Shown: piece after piece, positions 49,341 through 64,000 of the stretch
Numbering within the stretch: position 1 is the first letter of the stretch
Layout: every line of letters begins with the position of its first letter
NCBI GenBank assembly: GCA_951804945.1
Contig: OX638153.1
Location: 76,570,001 to 76,634,000 of the forward strand
Direction: 5' to 3'
From: Podarcis cretensis
Taxonomy: Eukaryota
Length of the DNA stretch: 64,000 nt
The notes under the pieces: generated by a model
Databases searched by the model: none
The model's input: the letters and a program-made list of their open reading frames with translations, nothing else
What the model was told of the DNA's origin: nothing
Position numbers and translations under genes: made by a program

Positions 49341-52300
49341 ATAACCTGTCCATTGCTTTTGGCAAATACAACCACATACTGTATATACTTCCTAATTTCC
49401 ATATTTATCCGCATGTAAAGGTCCGGTTATACATGTTACAGATATTCAATATTTATGGCTAGAAGAATTGGTATGTACAATTTAGTTTACAGAACTGTTT
49501 GGTAACATTTCGTACCTTATTAAAGATTCTGAAATCCCATAATCCGTGGTAGGAATCCTTATTGACTAAGCCTGCTGCTCTGCTGCAACTTAGCTAGTTT
49601 TCAGGACAGTATACAGACTGGACCAAGAATCCTGCCCCATGACTTCCACTCCTTGTCCTACTGTACTACCATTATGTCATCACTAGACCAGCAACTTTGA
49701 TATTAATGTGATAAATTGATGTGCCCCTGCTGGCATTTAGGGTAGGGTGTAATTAGTATTTATAGAAAACCCTATGAAACAAAAGTTTTTGGCTGCAATA
49801 TAATTTAAATGACCATTGCTGACTCCTAATAATAACAATAACAACAACTACAGCAGAGTAGCAATAGAATGCATACGACCATGCAAATCTTGTCAGGGGG
49901 AAGAAAAAAGGATGAGGTGTTGCCACAATATCGTAAAATGGATTTGCTACAGTCGGTAATTGCGAAAATAATTCATATGTTTAAATTTGAGAAGCTTTTA
50001 GGTATCATTTAATCTGAGTCATTTGAAATCACAAGCAAAGTCATTTTTTATTCTTGCAAGGCCTTCTGCGATCCCCACCTCTTACCCCTAAAGCCACACC
50101 ATTATATTATATTCCTCTGTTTAGATGCTCCGTTCTGTGTTTGCAGTTGGTCTATTTTTTTACTATAATTTTTGCCAGAGTTGTTCCTTACCACAGCAGC
50201 AAAATAAAACAAACCCAGAGAGGGTGGGTGGGAGTTTATGTAGTTTGATTATCTCTTTTATTTCCCCCCATTTACTTAAGAAATTCGTTCCATTGGCTGG
50301 CGGTGATACAGTAAATTTGTAAATGAGAAGACAATATATATTAAAAAAATCTAAATTACTTGTGCTTAATGACTGTGGCAGAACGCCTTTTTCTCTAAAT
50401 CAGATTGTCTTTCTTGCAGTTTAGTTTGATAGATTTGCAAGCTGTGGTGCTTCCGTTAACTTAGCGACGCTTGTAGGAACCGCTCGGCTTTGTTCCTTGG
50501 TGTAGGTTGCATGATCGCCCCATTAAGCAGACAACATATCAACAGACAACACAGATCATGAGCTCTCTGTGTTTGGGATATTATGTCACAGAGTGAATTG
50601 CACCTGCTGACCTCTCTTGTAGGCCAAGATGGCATTTTAACAGCTTCTTTTAAAATATAGATATATAGATATTTAGAAGTTCAGCGAGTCAGCCGCAGCA
50701 TCAACGGCGATGAGGATTTGGGGATAGTGAAGCTGGTTTGTATCCCCAAGTTATCTCAGTTCTTAATACGCATGTCTACTAGATACTCACTGTATTTATT
50801 GTCCTGGTATTTATTTATTATTTTGTGCAGGATTTTTGTAAACAGAGTCATGGGGGAAGGAGAAGCTTGTGTTTTGGTGTTTTGCTGGAATGTTTTACTT
50901 AAATCTACATAGGCCTCTCTGGACCCTTAGGAGATAGGATCTGGGCCGCGGAGGTGTGCTGCGATGTCTTATAGATCTTTTCAGTCGGAAAGAAACAGTT
51001 AAGAAATGGGAGAGCCTGTTTTGTGTTTTGTGTTTTTTTTAAACTTCACTTCCTAGAAAATGTTATTCTAATGAGAAGCTCATTTATCAGCTCTTCCAGT
51101 GCAAAGAGCGCCACCTTGCAGGGCCTACAGATACTGAAAGAAGTTCGAGAGAACCATAGAGGCTGAGGCACAACCCGGAGGAACTGCGGCCGAAAGACAC
51201 GCTGGGTATTCATTTAACCCTAAAGAAATGCAATGATAAAGTTTAGTCGTCTTCAGACCGTTAGCCTTAGCGGGAAAGTAGCAGTTTCAGCGATTTAGTA
51301 TGCGAGCCTAAATGGAAAAGGAAAGAAGATATAGGGCAATATACAATATTATCTTCCCTTACCCGCCCACCACCAGCATGATTGAAAGGAATCATCGGTT
51401 CATTTTTACAAAATCTAGAAGAATCTTAAAAGATAAATGCCATAGCTTCTTTGGGTGTAGATTTTATTATTCTTCTCCAGTGGTAGTTTGTTTTAGAAAT
51501 ATGTTTTATCTGAATGGATTGCCTGGCTACCAATACCGAGTATTCTGTCATTTTTAAATCAGACGATTTTGAACATCATTAAAACTAAGTTCTATCTATG
51601 CTTGAACTTGTATAGTAACACCCCCCCCGCCAAAAAAACCCCCATAGTAACCCCACGACCTATAAAATAACATGTTTCTTGGAATAACCAGTCAGCCACA
51701 CATATTTGGTTACACAATTCAGCGATGGGCGCTAGAATGTTTTAAAAGTTTAATACTTTTAATTACAATATTGCATCTGTCTGGTTTTGAACAGATAAAT
51801 AGACACGCACTATTTATATGTATGTGTGTGTTTATACACGCGCACACACTCACACTCACATATATATGGAGAGAGATCGTGGCTTCTTGTAAGAATGCTT
51901 AATTAACTCTTTTACTGAATAAATCAATACCTGGCGAAGATCATTTTTTAAAAAAAAAAAAAATACTTGACAAGAATGCTATTAAGAAGAGAGGTTGCAT
52001 TAAATGGCCTTTTAAACTCCAACCCAGTCTCTCATTGTGCGGGTACTTTTAATGTCTGCTTCGTGAGATGTATATTTCATACTTTTCTTCATGGGCTATT
52101 AGGTATGGAAAGACGTGAACGCTGACTGAGAAATATGAATTGTTAGAGTCTATTTAGCAGAAACTCCAGACAATGCAGAAGCGGGCTTGTGGGGCATGGA
52201 GAGCCGCGCGTTTGGATTATTGAGGCAGCAGCCTGTAGCTCAGATGATGTTGTTTTATTCCCAGACTCCGCGTCATCTTCCAAAGGATGTAAGATTTCTG

Positions 52301-55300
52301 TACGCCAATGCGGAACCTTTGAAGACCACCCAGAAACACTGTCCAAAATGTGTGGATATGCTTATGTTCGTGCGGGTTTTATAGGCACACACACAAACCG
52401 CAGGTAGACTTCACTGGCTGCAATCCTGTGTACATTTACTTGGGAGTAACACCCATTTAACTTAGTATAATTTACAGACGAGTAAACACGCAATAGAAAA
52501 GATCATACTTTTATCATGCTTGCAGGCAGAAGCTGTCTGCAACCTGAAGTTTTCATAAATATTTACGTTTTAAACTATTTTCCCCCAATGCTATCAATCA
52601 CCCTCCCATACTTTCTGTAAATAGAAAATAGGAGCCCGTACTTGCGAGATAGGGGATGTAATCAGAAGCAGACTTTGAAGTAAAAACCACTGTTGTCAAT
52701 ACGATTAACTTCTGAGTATACATGGTTCTGTTAAATCTTAAAATTAAGCTTTTTAAGAACGAGCTACATTCGGAATAAAGGGTAGTGCAAGATCACGTGG
52801 AATTTCGACAGTAGTAGAGTGGCCAATCTGTTGCATGCTTTACAACAATTCTCTCTTGTTGTTGTTTAAAAAAGAAATTTGCTTTGCTCGAGAGCATATT
52901 TATACCCCAATCCTAAATAATGCAGACTCTTGGTTTCCGCCTGACATTCCACTGAAACGATCAGAAAACGAAATTCCATTTTGAATTATTGATTTTTCAA
53001 GGAAATCTAACTGAAATTCCCATTTATTTCCCTGTAAAATTCAATTGAATCTACTTCCAAGTAACTGTTTAGGATAGGAGACTAAGGGCAGGAGAGGGAA
53101 GAGGCAAATGCGAGGGAAAGCTGGCCTACAATGTGAGCTCTCCAAGGGAGGCGGGATGGGAAAGCAGGGATGGAATAGTTCTAAATAATAAACTTGACGC
53201 ATGATTTTCTTTGAAGTTAGTATGACAACCCCCCGAAAATCTATATGGGAAGATCTATATTTCTGGCAGAGGAGTGGTAGCTGGCGTCTTTTTGTCGAAA
53301 AAGGGAATACAGTTGTATTTAAAGGAACTGAGCGCAAGAAATGGACCGGCACTTTTACGCTATTTCTACTTCACGTACCTCCGTATAGCTACATTATCCA
53401 TCTATACCCGCATTAGTGCCCTGTTCGGTGTATTTATTTACTTGGGTGTGTTTATGTAGCCTTTATGCGCACATTAATAGACCTAACCTGCTCGAATGAT
53501 GTAAGAGAAAAAGATATTGAGCCATTCACCAGTTACAAAGAGTTAAAGAGAGTCAGATAACATTTTGGAGTAGAAAGCAAAATAAGGCTATGAAGGTTTT
53601 GATGGCGAGCTGTGGACAAAGGGTGTTTGCAGAAATTAGATTTTTTTTTTTAAATTTAAAGTAGGCAGAGGACAATTTATATATCACTCAGAAATCCTGA
53701 CAAACCCACTTTTTTTTACACCTGCTGAGATTCCTTTACATGGGTTTTCGACAGGGCTTCCTAGTTATGGTTTCCCCTGTTTATATAAAACTTTTGTTTG
53801 GGAGCTAAAAATATACCAGATACATACATACCTGTTATATAATGTGCATCTAATGGACAACTAGGTGGCTTAGCTGTAAATTTCATGCATACTGGTTCAA
53901 ATCACATATCCCTGCTTGTCTTGCATTTGGTAACTTCGCATTTTAATTAATTTTTATTTGGCTTTCCTCCCACATTGCCTTTGATGCTTTTTTGTGTGGT
54001 CTTACCGTAGTACACTCTCCCCCTCCCCCCTTTACTCTGTCTATCCACCACACACACACACACACACACACACTCCTCACTCTTAGACGTTTGCTAGTTA
54101 CTCCACTTGTTAACTTAAGTGTGTGTACATGTATGATTATAAAGAGACCAATATAAAAAAATAAAAAAATGCTTACTTCTCTATTCATTTTAGAAAATAA
54201 ATAGGATGTGCACACACACGTACACACACACATTATGCTTCTTGTGTACAATTGTAATATGCCCATTTCTTAATTTTATTGTGTATATCTAAATCTATCT
54301 TTTCAATCTGTTTCCTACACAGTACATAACACAGTACATAAGCACTAGATGGTCAGGATATAAATTTTTGTATAAAATAATAAACAAATAATAAACAATT
54401 CCAAAATAACAAGTCAATTCAATCTTTAAACCCACCCTTCCCCTTCTAGGTTCTGTAAGTCAGGCCTGCTTCATCCTCGATTAACAAGAAACAGGATCAT
54501 GTGAAACCAGAGGGCTATTTTTACCGTGCAGCTGGAAGCTGTCATCAATTGGTAACATTTATTTCAGCCTTAGAATGATAGTACAAAATAGCATGAAGTT
54601 TCCAGATGACACCCCTATTGGAGGCAGTGTTTTTGAAGAATAATAAATCAAATTAACTACCCAATCATGCTGGCTTCTCCAAGATAATGTGTGTGTGTGT
54701 ACACACGTTATCCTGGGAGAGTCTCTATTTATATATGTGTAGTGTGTGATAATCTCGCTTGCTAGGACACGATCCAGCAAAATAAAGCACTTTGAAGTCA
54801 CATTTATTTCAGTGGGCGTATGAAGCAAGCAATGTGCTTAATATTGTTATGCATAACAATTATTTAAATATGGATTATACAAGACAGACGTATTCAAAGA
54901 TATACCTGTGCTTGTTTTTGTTTGCGAATGTTCTTCTACGACCCATTTTATTTGACAATACTTTTAATGATATTTATTATGTGTCACCCAATTCGGTTAT
55001 TTCTCATGTGCGTGCGTTTTAAACCGTTGCAATTAAAAAAGGCAAAGGGCAACGACAGAGAAATAGGGAGGGAAAAATAAATAAACAAATAAATAAATTG
55101 CATTAAACACACACATACACACATCCCCCGCCACACAAAAAAAACAAACAAACCCACTGTAAGGCCACGTGGTTTCTTTTCGATACTGCCTTTTTCACGA
55201 AAAGCGAATCTGGGAATTTGGAGATAGGTAACGTATTCTGCTTTGCTTTTTGTTAAGGAGAGTTCCTGGAAAACAAGAAAAGACCACGTTTTTAGAAGCT

Positions 55301-58300
55301 TCGCTGTGCTTTCTGGCTACATCCGGGCTGCCAGCGGTCTCTAAAAGAGTTTTCCAATGCCACACATGAAACAGGCTGCTCTCTTTAAGAACACACAACG
55401 CTTGGCGTTAGATGTAGACTCGACGCGCATGCGCCTTCCTCAAGCTCGGGCACAGCTTCCACGTGCTGTTGCATATTTATAACTCTCAGCACTTCCTAAA
55501 CTGTCTAGAGAAGGTAACCACACAGAGCCTAAATCATCGGGAAACCGTTGGCGAGGCTCCCAAAATAGTTTGGTAGGGGAATATGCACATGTTTGTTTTC
55601 AGACATCTATGGTTTAAGCAAGATCGTAATACAACAAGGCACAGAAGGTTCATAAACCTTGACAGATAAACAACAAACATTGTAACACCCCCCCCACCCG
55701 GAAAAAAACCCGAGAGGCTCTATAAGGCGACGGCAGCAATAGCAGCAGCAGCAACAAGACCATTCTCAAGGAGTATTCTGTGATCGCAGCCACTCCATGA
55801 AAAATCATTTCACATCGGTTGAACCAGGAAGCCCTAGAGTTGCCACGCAGTACTGTTTCTGAAAGAAAACTTTATTTTTCACTCCCCTCACGACCCCATA
55901 TATCCACATCACATAATGTTATCAAATGCATTTTATTCCACGGTTAGGTGGGCCCAACCACGCCTCTCGAATAGATCTTTCCTTAGGCCCCAGAGGTGGC
56001 TTTTTCGCTACAGAGTGAGACCCTAACGCTTAGCTCTGGCTTGTCTGTCAAATATTCTCCAGTCTGTCCCTCCTCCCTTTCTCCCAAGCCTCTACACGTC
56101 GGACGAGCACAACCTATCGCGTTGAATGAATCCTTTACTGGACTCCTCAGCACTAATAATTTTCAGATGAGATGTCTGCCTAGGCCAAAAGGTTTCTCTG
56201 GTCCTAGGTGCTGACCAGAGCACATTCTCTCCGCCATTCCATCTACACCGGGGCGTAATTTACTTCTAGATCTTGTCCTACTCTTTTGGAATTAAAAGAT
56301 AAACAGCGTGAAACATGACTGGAATCTCGGACCTGGAAGTGCAGTGATTTCAGTTGGTCTAACTTTCTAGGTAAATGTGTCATTTACAACTATTTAACGT
56401 GTGTGTGTTTAAAATGAGAAGAGAGCCACCCTAATAGGCCAAGAGGGAGAAAAGCTGCATAAATAAAAGATGACTTTCTTTTTAAAAGAAGCTATTGTTT
56501 TCCAGCCCATTGTCATAATGAGGAAATCACGCACCAGGTACGCAGCAGTGACTGCTCGAGCTATGTTTAGCCAGCCTTACAACTCGGTCAAAGCTCTTGG
56601 ATTTCACCCTTCAGCGTGCCATTAAAGTCTGTAAGAGGGCACTGACTTAATGCTTAGCGGTACTTAAGCCTCTCTGAGTTATAGGTGGGACTAAAGGCGT
56701 GTAAAATAGATGGCACCTCATACAAGGCAGGGGAACCTCACTCGGAGTCAGCTTTGTCTCTCCCCCCCCCTCCAATATAGACACACACACACACACACAC
56801 ATGAAATCACCAATTGTCGATGACAATTTCTTCTCATCCAGTTCCACCTCAAGGTGACATCAGGTTCAGACTAGAGACTCATTTACAAAGTTAGTGGCTG
56901 GGCTATTATGGGTGGAGTAAAAAGGCTACAGGAATAGTCTTTGACCACATCTCATTTGTGGACACTCTCTCTTCCTCCTCCCATATTTCTTGCCCCCTCC
57001 TCCCGTAATAAAGGATCTGCCATTACAGTATCAAGATTATTTCGCCCTAAAAACAGCAACAAAATAAACAAATCTCTTCGGCGTTCCATTTCAGACCCCT
57101 GACATCTAAGCACTGTATGTGACAAGTAAATATCTCTGAGCCTGCAAATAGAAATAAAGGCTTAAATCTACTGTCTCGACTCCAATATCATTTACAACCA
57201 TTTGTTTACACCAGGTTGGAATTTAAAACTAGAGACTTTTTTTTAAAAAAATGTAGACTTCAACGACCGCAAATGTTTGTCGCAGTCCTACAACCCTGCG
57301 CCCACAGAGCATATTTTAGGCAGGATAACGTAAGAGATTTTGGTGACTTTTAAAAAGAGGATTGAAGCATAGAGAACCACACGCGCACACACCTTGATCA
57401 CGTGTCCAGTCAATGTCTGTGTAAACAGATGGATTCGTTTTGTTCAAATCGTGGGTGGAGAAACCTCCGCCCCCACAACTGTTGATCATCTTCCTTTTTA
57501 TCTTCCTTATTTAAGATCACTGCATTCTAAAAACACGGTTGTAAGGTTGCTTTGTTTACGCACACTAAATTAGCCTATTAATCTATACTTCATAGATCCA
57601 GTTAAACCCCGGTTTCTTCTTCCAAAATAAAGATGTTTAGATATTTTTTTTTCGGGGGGGGGGATATTAAAATGCAAGGGTAACAGAGAATAAAATGCAG
57701 AAACACAGAACAAGATCCATAGTTTGATGTTTAGACCCTTCCCATTCAAACTATCTAGCCTATTTTGGTACAGTATCTCTTTCTTTCTTTTGGCCAATAA
57801 TTAACAAGCACCCCTCCAAAAAAACACCCCCTACACTAGCCTGGAGCTTTGTTTGAAAGCTGTTTTGTTTACAAAATAATATTTATTGTCAGGAGATTTC
57901 CCCCTCCCGCCACATCTCTTACCTCCGGAGCGTTTACACTTTTCGCTTAGCTGGAGGGAATGTGGAACTGAGATTTGGCCCTGGATATAATCTCCCCGTC
58001 TCTTTCCCTCTCCCTCTCTCTCCCTCTCCCTCTTTCTGTATAGATCTGGCACGGCTTTGCTCTCTTAACTCCCAGATCTTTGTTTCGGTGGTGGCGGCCA
58101 GAAAGAGCAAGAGAGCGCTGTGCTCTCAACTTCCCTCTGGCTTCCTTTAAAAACAACAACACACAAGTCCTCTTCCAACTTTTCCTCCAGTTATTCACTT
58201 TTCAACCCTACTGACAGCATTTGCCGAAAATCTACACTCCAGCTTTGGTAAGTGATGCGTTGCTCCATTGCAAAATGGCACTGCTCGGATAGCCTCTGCG

Positions 58301-60085
58301 CGCGCGTGTGTGTGTGACGTGTGGAAGAGAGAGAGAGAGAAAGAGTGAGAGAGAGTGAGTGTGTGTATGTTTTGTTTTGTTTGCGAGCAGCGTTGCCCAA
58401 GTACTTTCACATCAAACAGGACAGAGTTAAACTATTGTGGCGTTTGAAATCGCAACAGGAACAAGCATGATCACTATCTGTTGGCTCGGACAGACTTTAT
58501 GGCACGAAAACTGAATCTGCCCAGCAACTTTTTGTTGCTGGTATTGTTTTTGCTGGAGCTACTTTGAGGAGATCGAGGCCATGACATTTACATTTTTTTA
58601 ATACCAGGGCGTAATAACAAAGCTGTCACGGGGCTCTGAGATAATTCATTTAGGATTTAAGGGCAATTTAATATTATTATTAATGTTCTTAATATTAATC
58701 ACACTAGCACACTAGTATTGTTGGAAATAATGCACCTAAATATCCTTTTGCAATTTAAATGATATCTGCATAGAGCGCTTTCCAGCCTCCTCCAAATACA
58801 TGTTTTCACGTGAACTTAAACTGTTCTTATGAATGGCTTCTTAATGCGCCCATTCTATTAAATTGTAACTCGGAGTGACTGGAACTCACAGGTATTTAGA
58901 AAAGGTTTAATTTGAATTCCTCCTTAGTCCCCCCCCTTCCCTTCCCTTCCCTTCCCTTCCCTTTTTTTTTAAGGAAAGTGAACATAACTGCTGTGTAGAG
59001 TTGACCTTTCGTTGACACGACTTGGTAGGAGACAGTTTGCAAATGAGGACTGGATAAATTAGATACTAAAGTTAGCGGGGTTTAGATGGTACCCGGTGAT
59101 AAATCCACTGGAATTAGCCAGAGAAGTAGTTAGCCCTCGAGGTCTGAAAGTTTAACAAAGTTCAAGGGAGTCTGAACGGCATCTCGAGAGAGCCCTGGAA
59201 ATTACAATGGAAGAGAAGATGATTCCCTCGGGTGAAAAAGCACAGGCAGTAGCACTAGCGGCGGCGGCAGCAACAACAACAACAACAGCACCTTCAAGTT
59301 CATTGCACTTTCCGCTTCTCGAAAGCTTTGGCTTTGGTTGTTCTCACTTTTCTGTAGGAGTTATAACAATAGCGTGGGCGCAGTGATTTCAGTTCTTAGA
59401 AAACCCAGCGCCGAGCAAGCGTGTGAAACAGTATGCTAACAGTTGTGCTAACAAGTGGTGTTACTTTCTTAACGCTGGAAGTGTGAACGTATTGCATTCC
59501 TCAAAAACAGCGTCCTTAAAAAAAAAGTGGGTCTAAATAAAGAACTTCGCGGTTTATAAAATTGCACACCGAGTTTACTCGTGGATTCAAATGGATCTCT
59601 ACCACAGGGAGGGGGAGGGACTTTGGCTTCCGGAACAAAGCAAAAGCTGCACAAACAAACAAACATAACAATAAAAGCCATTACTCTTCTTGCCCGCTCT
59701 CCCCTCCATTCTTCTTACTGTGTTTACACAGTTTAAAGGAGCTGGAGATCATCTCGCCCTTGAATGCTTGTTCGTGTTATTAAACTTTATATATTATAAG
59801 ACCCTCATATCTTTGGGTAGGTCTTAGTATGTGCTTTGTTTTTTTTATAGCATTGGTGTTATATTAAAATCAAGCTGTTTGATTTGATACGGTAATACGA
59901 GACTTCCCACTGTCTGAAGGGCGAAGACGAGGTTCAATGCTAGAAAATGTCAATATAACTGCAGAGGACCGCCCCCCCCCCACTTCCCTTCGCACACCTG
60001 CCCCCGGCTCTGTTAACTTGTCAAAGGTTACTTAGTGAAGTCGTGCCACGTACTGACAACTTTTGCAATGGGCTAATGTCTGTAA

Positions 60086-60179
60086 GGCTACAATCCTATC
60101 GATACACACTTACCTGAGAGGAAGCCCCATTGAATACATTGGGACTTAATTCTGAGTATCACACAGCAATGCACTGTAA
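60086..60179. mobile_element. Short palindromic MITE-like repeat (clearest copy of a family with about 15 degenerate copies in the window)
   Basis: ggctacaatcctat...acttacctgagaggaagccccattgaatacattgggacttaattctgagta. Related copies at about 4170, 4955, 8351, 8848, 10955, 11952, 12167, 16713, 17935-18076, 22051, 22527, 33408, 35601, 52416 and 63523. Confidence 0.6.
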
Positions 60180-63100
60180 GTTGCTTTCGGTAGGAATGTT
60201 CCCCTCCCCTTCCGATCAACATTTGGTGTGTGTGTGTAGACATTTAACGGTTTTCTTGCCCACCTAATAGACTTTCACCTAGCACCCTAGAATGGCAGAT
60301 TCCAGGAAGTCCACGTTTTTAACCATTTTAACTAGCTAAAGTCTTCCTGCGCCAGGCACACGTCAACGAAACTTACTTTTATGCAATTTTGAACAAGATC
60401 TCGTGCCAAACTTACTGTTTCTTGGAAACAGAAATAAATGATGTTGACTAGGTAAGAAGCAGCGGGCGATTTTGCATTCTCTAAGCTGGCAAATTGTCTA
60501 TTGTTAGACAAATTCTGGGGTGACTGGTGTAGAAGTGAACAGCCCCCTCCACCAAATGAATTATCAACGAGATTCTGCTTCGGTTAAGTCCTTATCCTGG
60601 TCGGAAAGAGATTTCAGCTGTACATAGATAGATCTCAATATACCCGCCCCCCCCAAAAGGTCTTGGAGCCCATTTTTCCACACGCTTTTGGGGGAGACAT
60701 TGCCAGTTAACCAAGCGTGCTGGGGAGCAAACCCCTTTCATAATAAATGCAATGATCAAGGAATGACTTTAGGCTAGAGGGATGGTGGATATCTGACAGA
60801 GAAGTGGAATCGCACTCAGGTCACATTCTTTGTAGTCAGGTTTGGGTAAAGTACCTGGCTTTCCATAGGATATATACAGTGCAATATATATGTCCATAAA
60901 ACAGCAGATACGCATCTGTTATTGCCCCCAGTCTTAGACTATGCTGACAAGGTCATGGCAGTCTATGTGGAAGAACGGCATTTCGATGCTAAGTACATTA
61001 ACGTAGTGCATTAGAGTGAAATCAAGGGGACTCGCGTCCAAGGAAGTGTACTTAAGAGAGGAGTATAAGACGTAGGAGTCTTAGTTGCAGCAGGTTTCCT
61101 TTAGTGGATGAAGCGCCCTCTCCGTCAAATATAAAGCAGGTCTGGCCCTGGAGGCTCTATCTTGAACACTCGTTTTGGCATATTGTCTAGCGTATAAGTA
61201 AATGCGGAGTAAAAGGACAGAGGTATTGGAAACATATATTAAGTTTGGCGAAAGAGTAAGCCTCAAATCACAAACTGCAACCTTTCTTGATTTAGTTCTG
61301 ACCGCCCAACCTTTGTTAGCGCAGCTACCTGGGTGTAAATCGATCTGAAGTGCATAGGAATGACTACTCGATCCTAAACAGTATCTAAAGAAGCGTGATT
61401 GACCTCATTGGGGCACAGGTACCGATAAGTGCTTTTCGGACAGCAGCTGCAATCCCATAGCTAGATCACATCACCTGAAAGTATTCCAGTCCAAACTGAA
61501 GTCCACGAGACTGGAGTTCTCATTGAAGTCAGCTGAGAATGAGGCTCACGCGAAAGGTGTTTCCGGTGGATAGTGCCCAGCGTGTTTAGGATTCGGGTAT
61601 AAACTGGTTCAAATCCAAGTATTGCAATGTATTTGCATTGGGAACAAGCTCAGATATCTGATTACATTGTTGATATTACAGAAATAATCTACCAATCCAT
61701 ATTCAGGAGGGAGAGGTGCCAATATCGCTGTGCGCGCCTTCAGACCTCCACGCACCCCACTACTTTCTTTCAGGTCGGATTTGAACTCTCTGAAATCAAT
61801 TCAAATATATATTTAACATAAACGGGGTTTCTATAAACACAGTTTGGTCGGAATACAGTTTGGCTTGCTGGGGGAAACATCACCTTAGGATGATGTGCGT
61901 GTATATAGAGCACTTGTGTAGATATACCACATGTGTATAAATTCGCCACCAACAGCCATAACCCGGGGAGAAGATGGAAACAAACTGGGGGGGGGGGGGG
62001 AATCAGAATAGAAAAATAATGGCAGGTTTAAAAATTGTCTTAGCAGAACAACTCATCTAAAAGCGGAGTGGGTGGGTGTCTTCTGACAATATCCTGAAAA
62101 CAGGCATATGTTGAAAATAAATTAGAATTGCTATCAGTTCTATTTCAATCCAGTTTTTATTGCAAGGCACCACATAAAAGCAGTTTGTAAACACTGTCTA
62201 TACTATCTTCATCCTGCAGTCTGTCATTTTTAGACGGTTCTTTGTATCTGCAGAACATTTAGTTAATTAATCATGCTTGCGTTTTTCTTTTCTTGTCTGG
62301 AATCCACAGTTTAAGGAATGCGAAATGGTTCAGCGTAGCGCACGCTTTTAGACGACTGTTTACTGTCTACTGCTGTTATCTCTACTTTAGCATGCCGGCT
62401 GCAAGAGAGAACTACGACATACCTATATGTCTGGGCTAATGTAAAAAGGATAATTTTAGGAATGGGAAAATGAAAGATGGCCCATTCATGGAAAAAGGGC
62501 AACTCTTCTCCCCGTAGCTAATGCCAGATTTTCTACTGACTACTCCAAGAATACAGTATCACCTAAGTCCCATGGATTTCAGCATGATTTTCTTTCATAT
62601 AACAAGGAAACCAAGATCGGTGTGCAAAGTTTTTATTTTATTTTATTTGGTAGACTCTTTAGCATCTTTCTGTTTCTTAGCCACCCCTGGGTTCTTTTTT
62701 TCGTTACTAAAGCCAGCTTGTTGGGGGGAGTCACTATGACGAGCCCCTCTTCCTCTTTAGCCTAGTGTTTGTGAATGAATTCCATTGTGTCTTTCTTAAA
62801 ACGAAAATAAGTTGCTGTATGACGTAACTGTTTTGATGTAAAGTTTATGTAATCAGGAGGTGCAGAGGAGTCAACAGAACGTATTCTAAATTTGCACCTT
62901 TCTCATATAATTAGTTTTCTCCCTCTAACGGGAGTTTAACACCCCCCCCCCCCAATATCTTTAATTGTTGAACGTTCCTGGTTGCAAGTCATTGCAGCCA
63001 GAAAGGTTAGATGTATGATGGTGTGTTTTCAGAGACTTGAAAGGGGTTTCCCAATCCATGCACTCCATATTAAGTGGCTTGTGGATTGGGCTCACCCCTA

Positions 63101-64000
63101 GCAGCAAGAGACAGAAAATGTTTTCAAGGTATTAACTTGCTAATAGCCATGAGGTGTGATCGCTAGGCTGCATTCATCCATCTTTTCTCTGAATCATTTG
63201 AGAGGTTCCTGTTGTTTTATTGGGAACAGGATCAGACCTTAAACTGAAAGTGGGGAGGCAGTAAAATGATTGCACAGGTGCAGGCAGGGCTGCTTTTGAT
63301 TATTATTAATTTTTGTATTGAGGACTTAATGTACCTGGTGGCACCAATTATTTTCTTGCAGTCACTAGCAAACATTTCATTTTAAAAATAAACATATTTG
63401 ACTCCCCAAAAGACTGAGAAAGTAGAAAGTAAACACCTCCAACACCAGAATTCATCAGTTCTTTAAGGTAGAACCTTAACTAAATAAACACAACTGATTT
63501 CACTGTTTGAAAAACAATCATATATATATGTTTAGTCAGAAGCAAGTTTCACTGTGTTCAGTGGGATTTACTCACTTGTGAGCATGTTTAGGATTGTAGC
63601 CTTAGGGTTTTATAGGCCTGAAGGAGATCCTTAATAAGTACTATAAGTGTTAACATAATAAAAACGCCATCAAAATAATACCTGCATAATGACTAATATT
63701 TCTGTTAATTGCTTTAAAAATAATTTCTGACACTGTACTACAGAATCAAAAACAGGCTAATATCATTTTAGTACTATTATCTAATATTCAAAATACATGA
63801 AATAATTTTAATTCACTTACCCCCTTTTTAATGTTAACTTTATAACAGAGGGTGTCAACCCCCCCCCAAAGAATTATGCAGACCATAATTTTATGATTAA
63901 AATCTTCATGCAGAAAGAGTTCTTTTGAGTAGGATATCTATATCACAAATTCAAATACTGCAATTCATATGAAAATGCATTCCAAAATGTTATATGGGGC

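Overview
Vertebrate genomic DNA, most likely from a squamate (probably lacertid) lizard, judged by a Sauria SINE and Squam3/CR1/MIR-like repeats. The window holds the head-to-head ZIC4-ZIC1 bigene pair. ZIC1 (+) has three coding exons (45091-46081, 47197-47360, 48266-48463; 450 aa, ends NFNEWYV). ZIC4 (-) reads as a two-exon, His-rich, 548-aa 'long' form (30571-29377, 24375-23924). The sequence also carries all the splice signals for a second, mammal-type ZIC4 isoform of about 341 aa. That isoform needs an 85-nt upstream exon at 37832-37748 (MRKRKRLYRNLLGQS), an acceptor hidden inside the long coding exon (30018), a donor hidden inside the EWYV codons (24039), and a distal last exon from 21508 that creates the stop codon by splicing. 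It would drop a ZOC-like motif and the EWYV tail. The ZF1-ZF3 DNA of ZIC1 and ZIC4 is about 97.6% identical (6 differences in 255 nt), whereas ZF4-5 DNA is diverged at silent sites, which points to gene conversion between the inverted paralogs. The rest is regulatory-type non-coding DNA with CpG-rich patches, candidate conserved elements, many short palindromic MITE-like repeats, microsatellites and five N-runs. Comparisons to human and mouse sequences are from memory and need confirming by alignment. Most ORFs in the supplied track are spurious.
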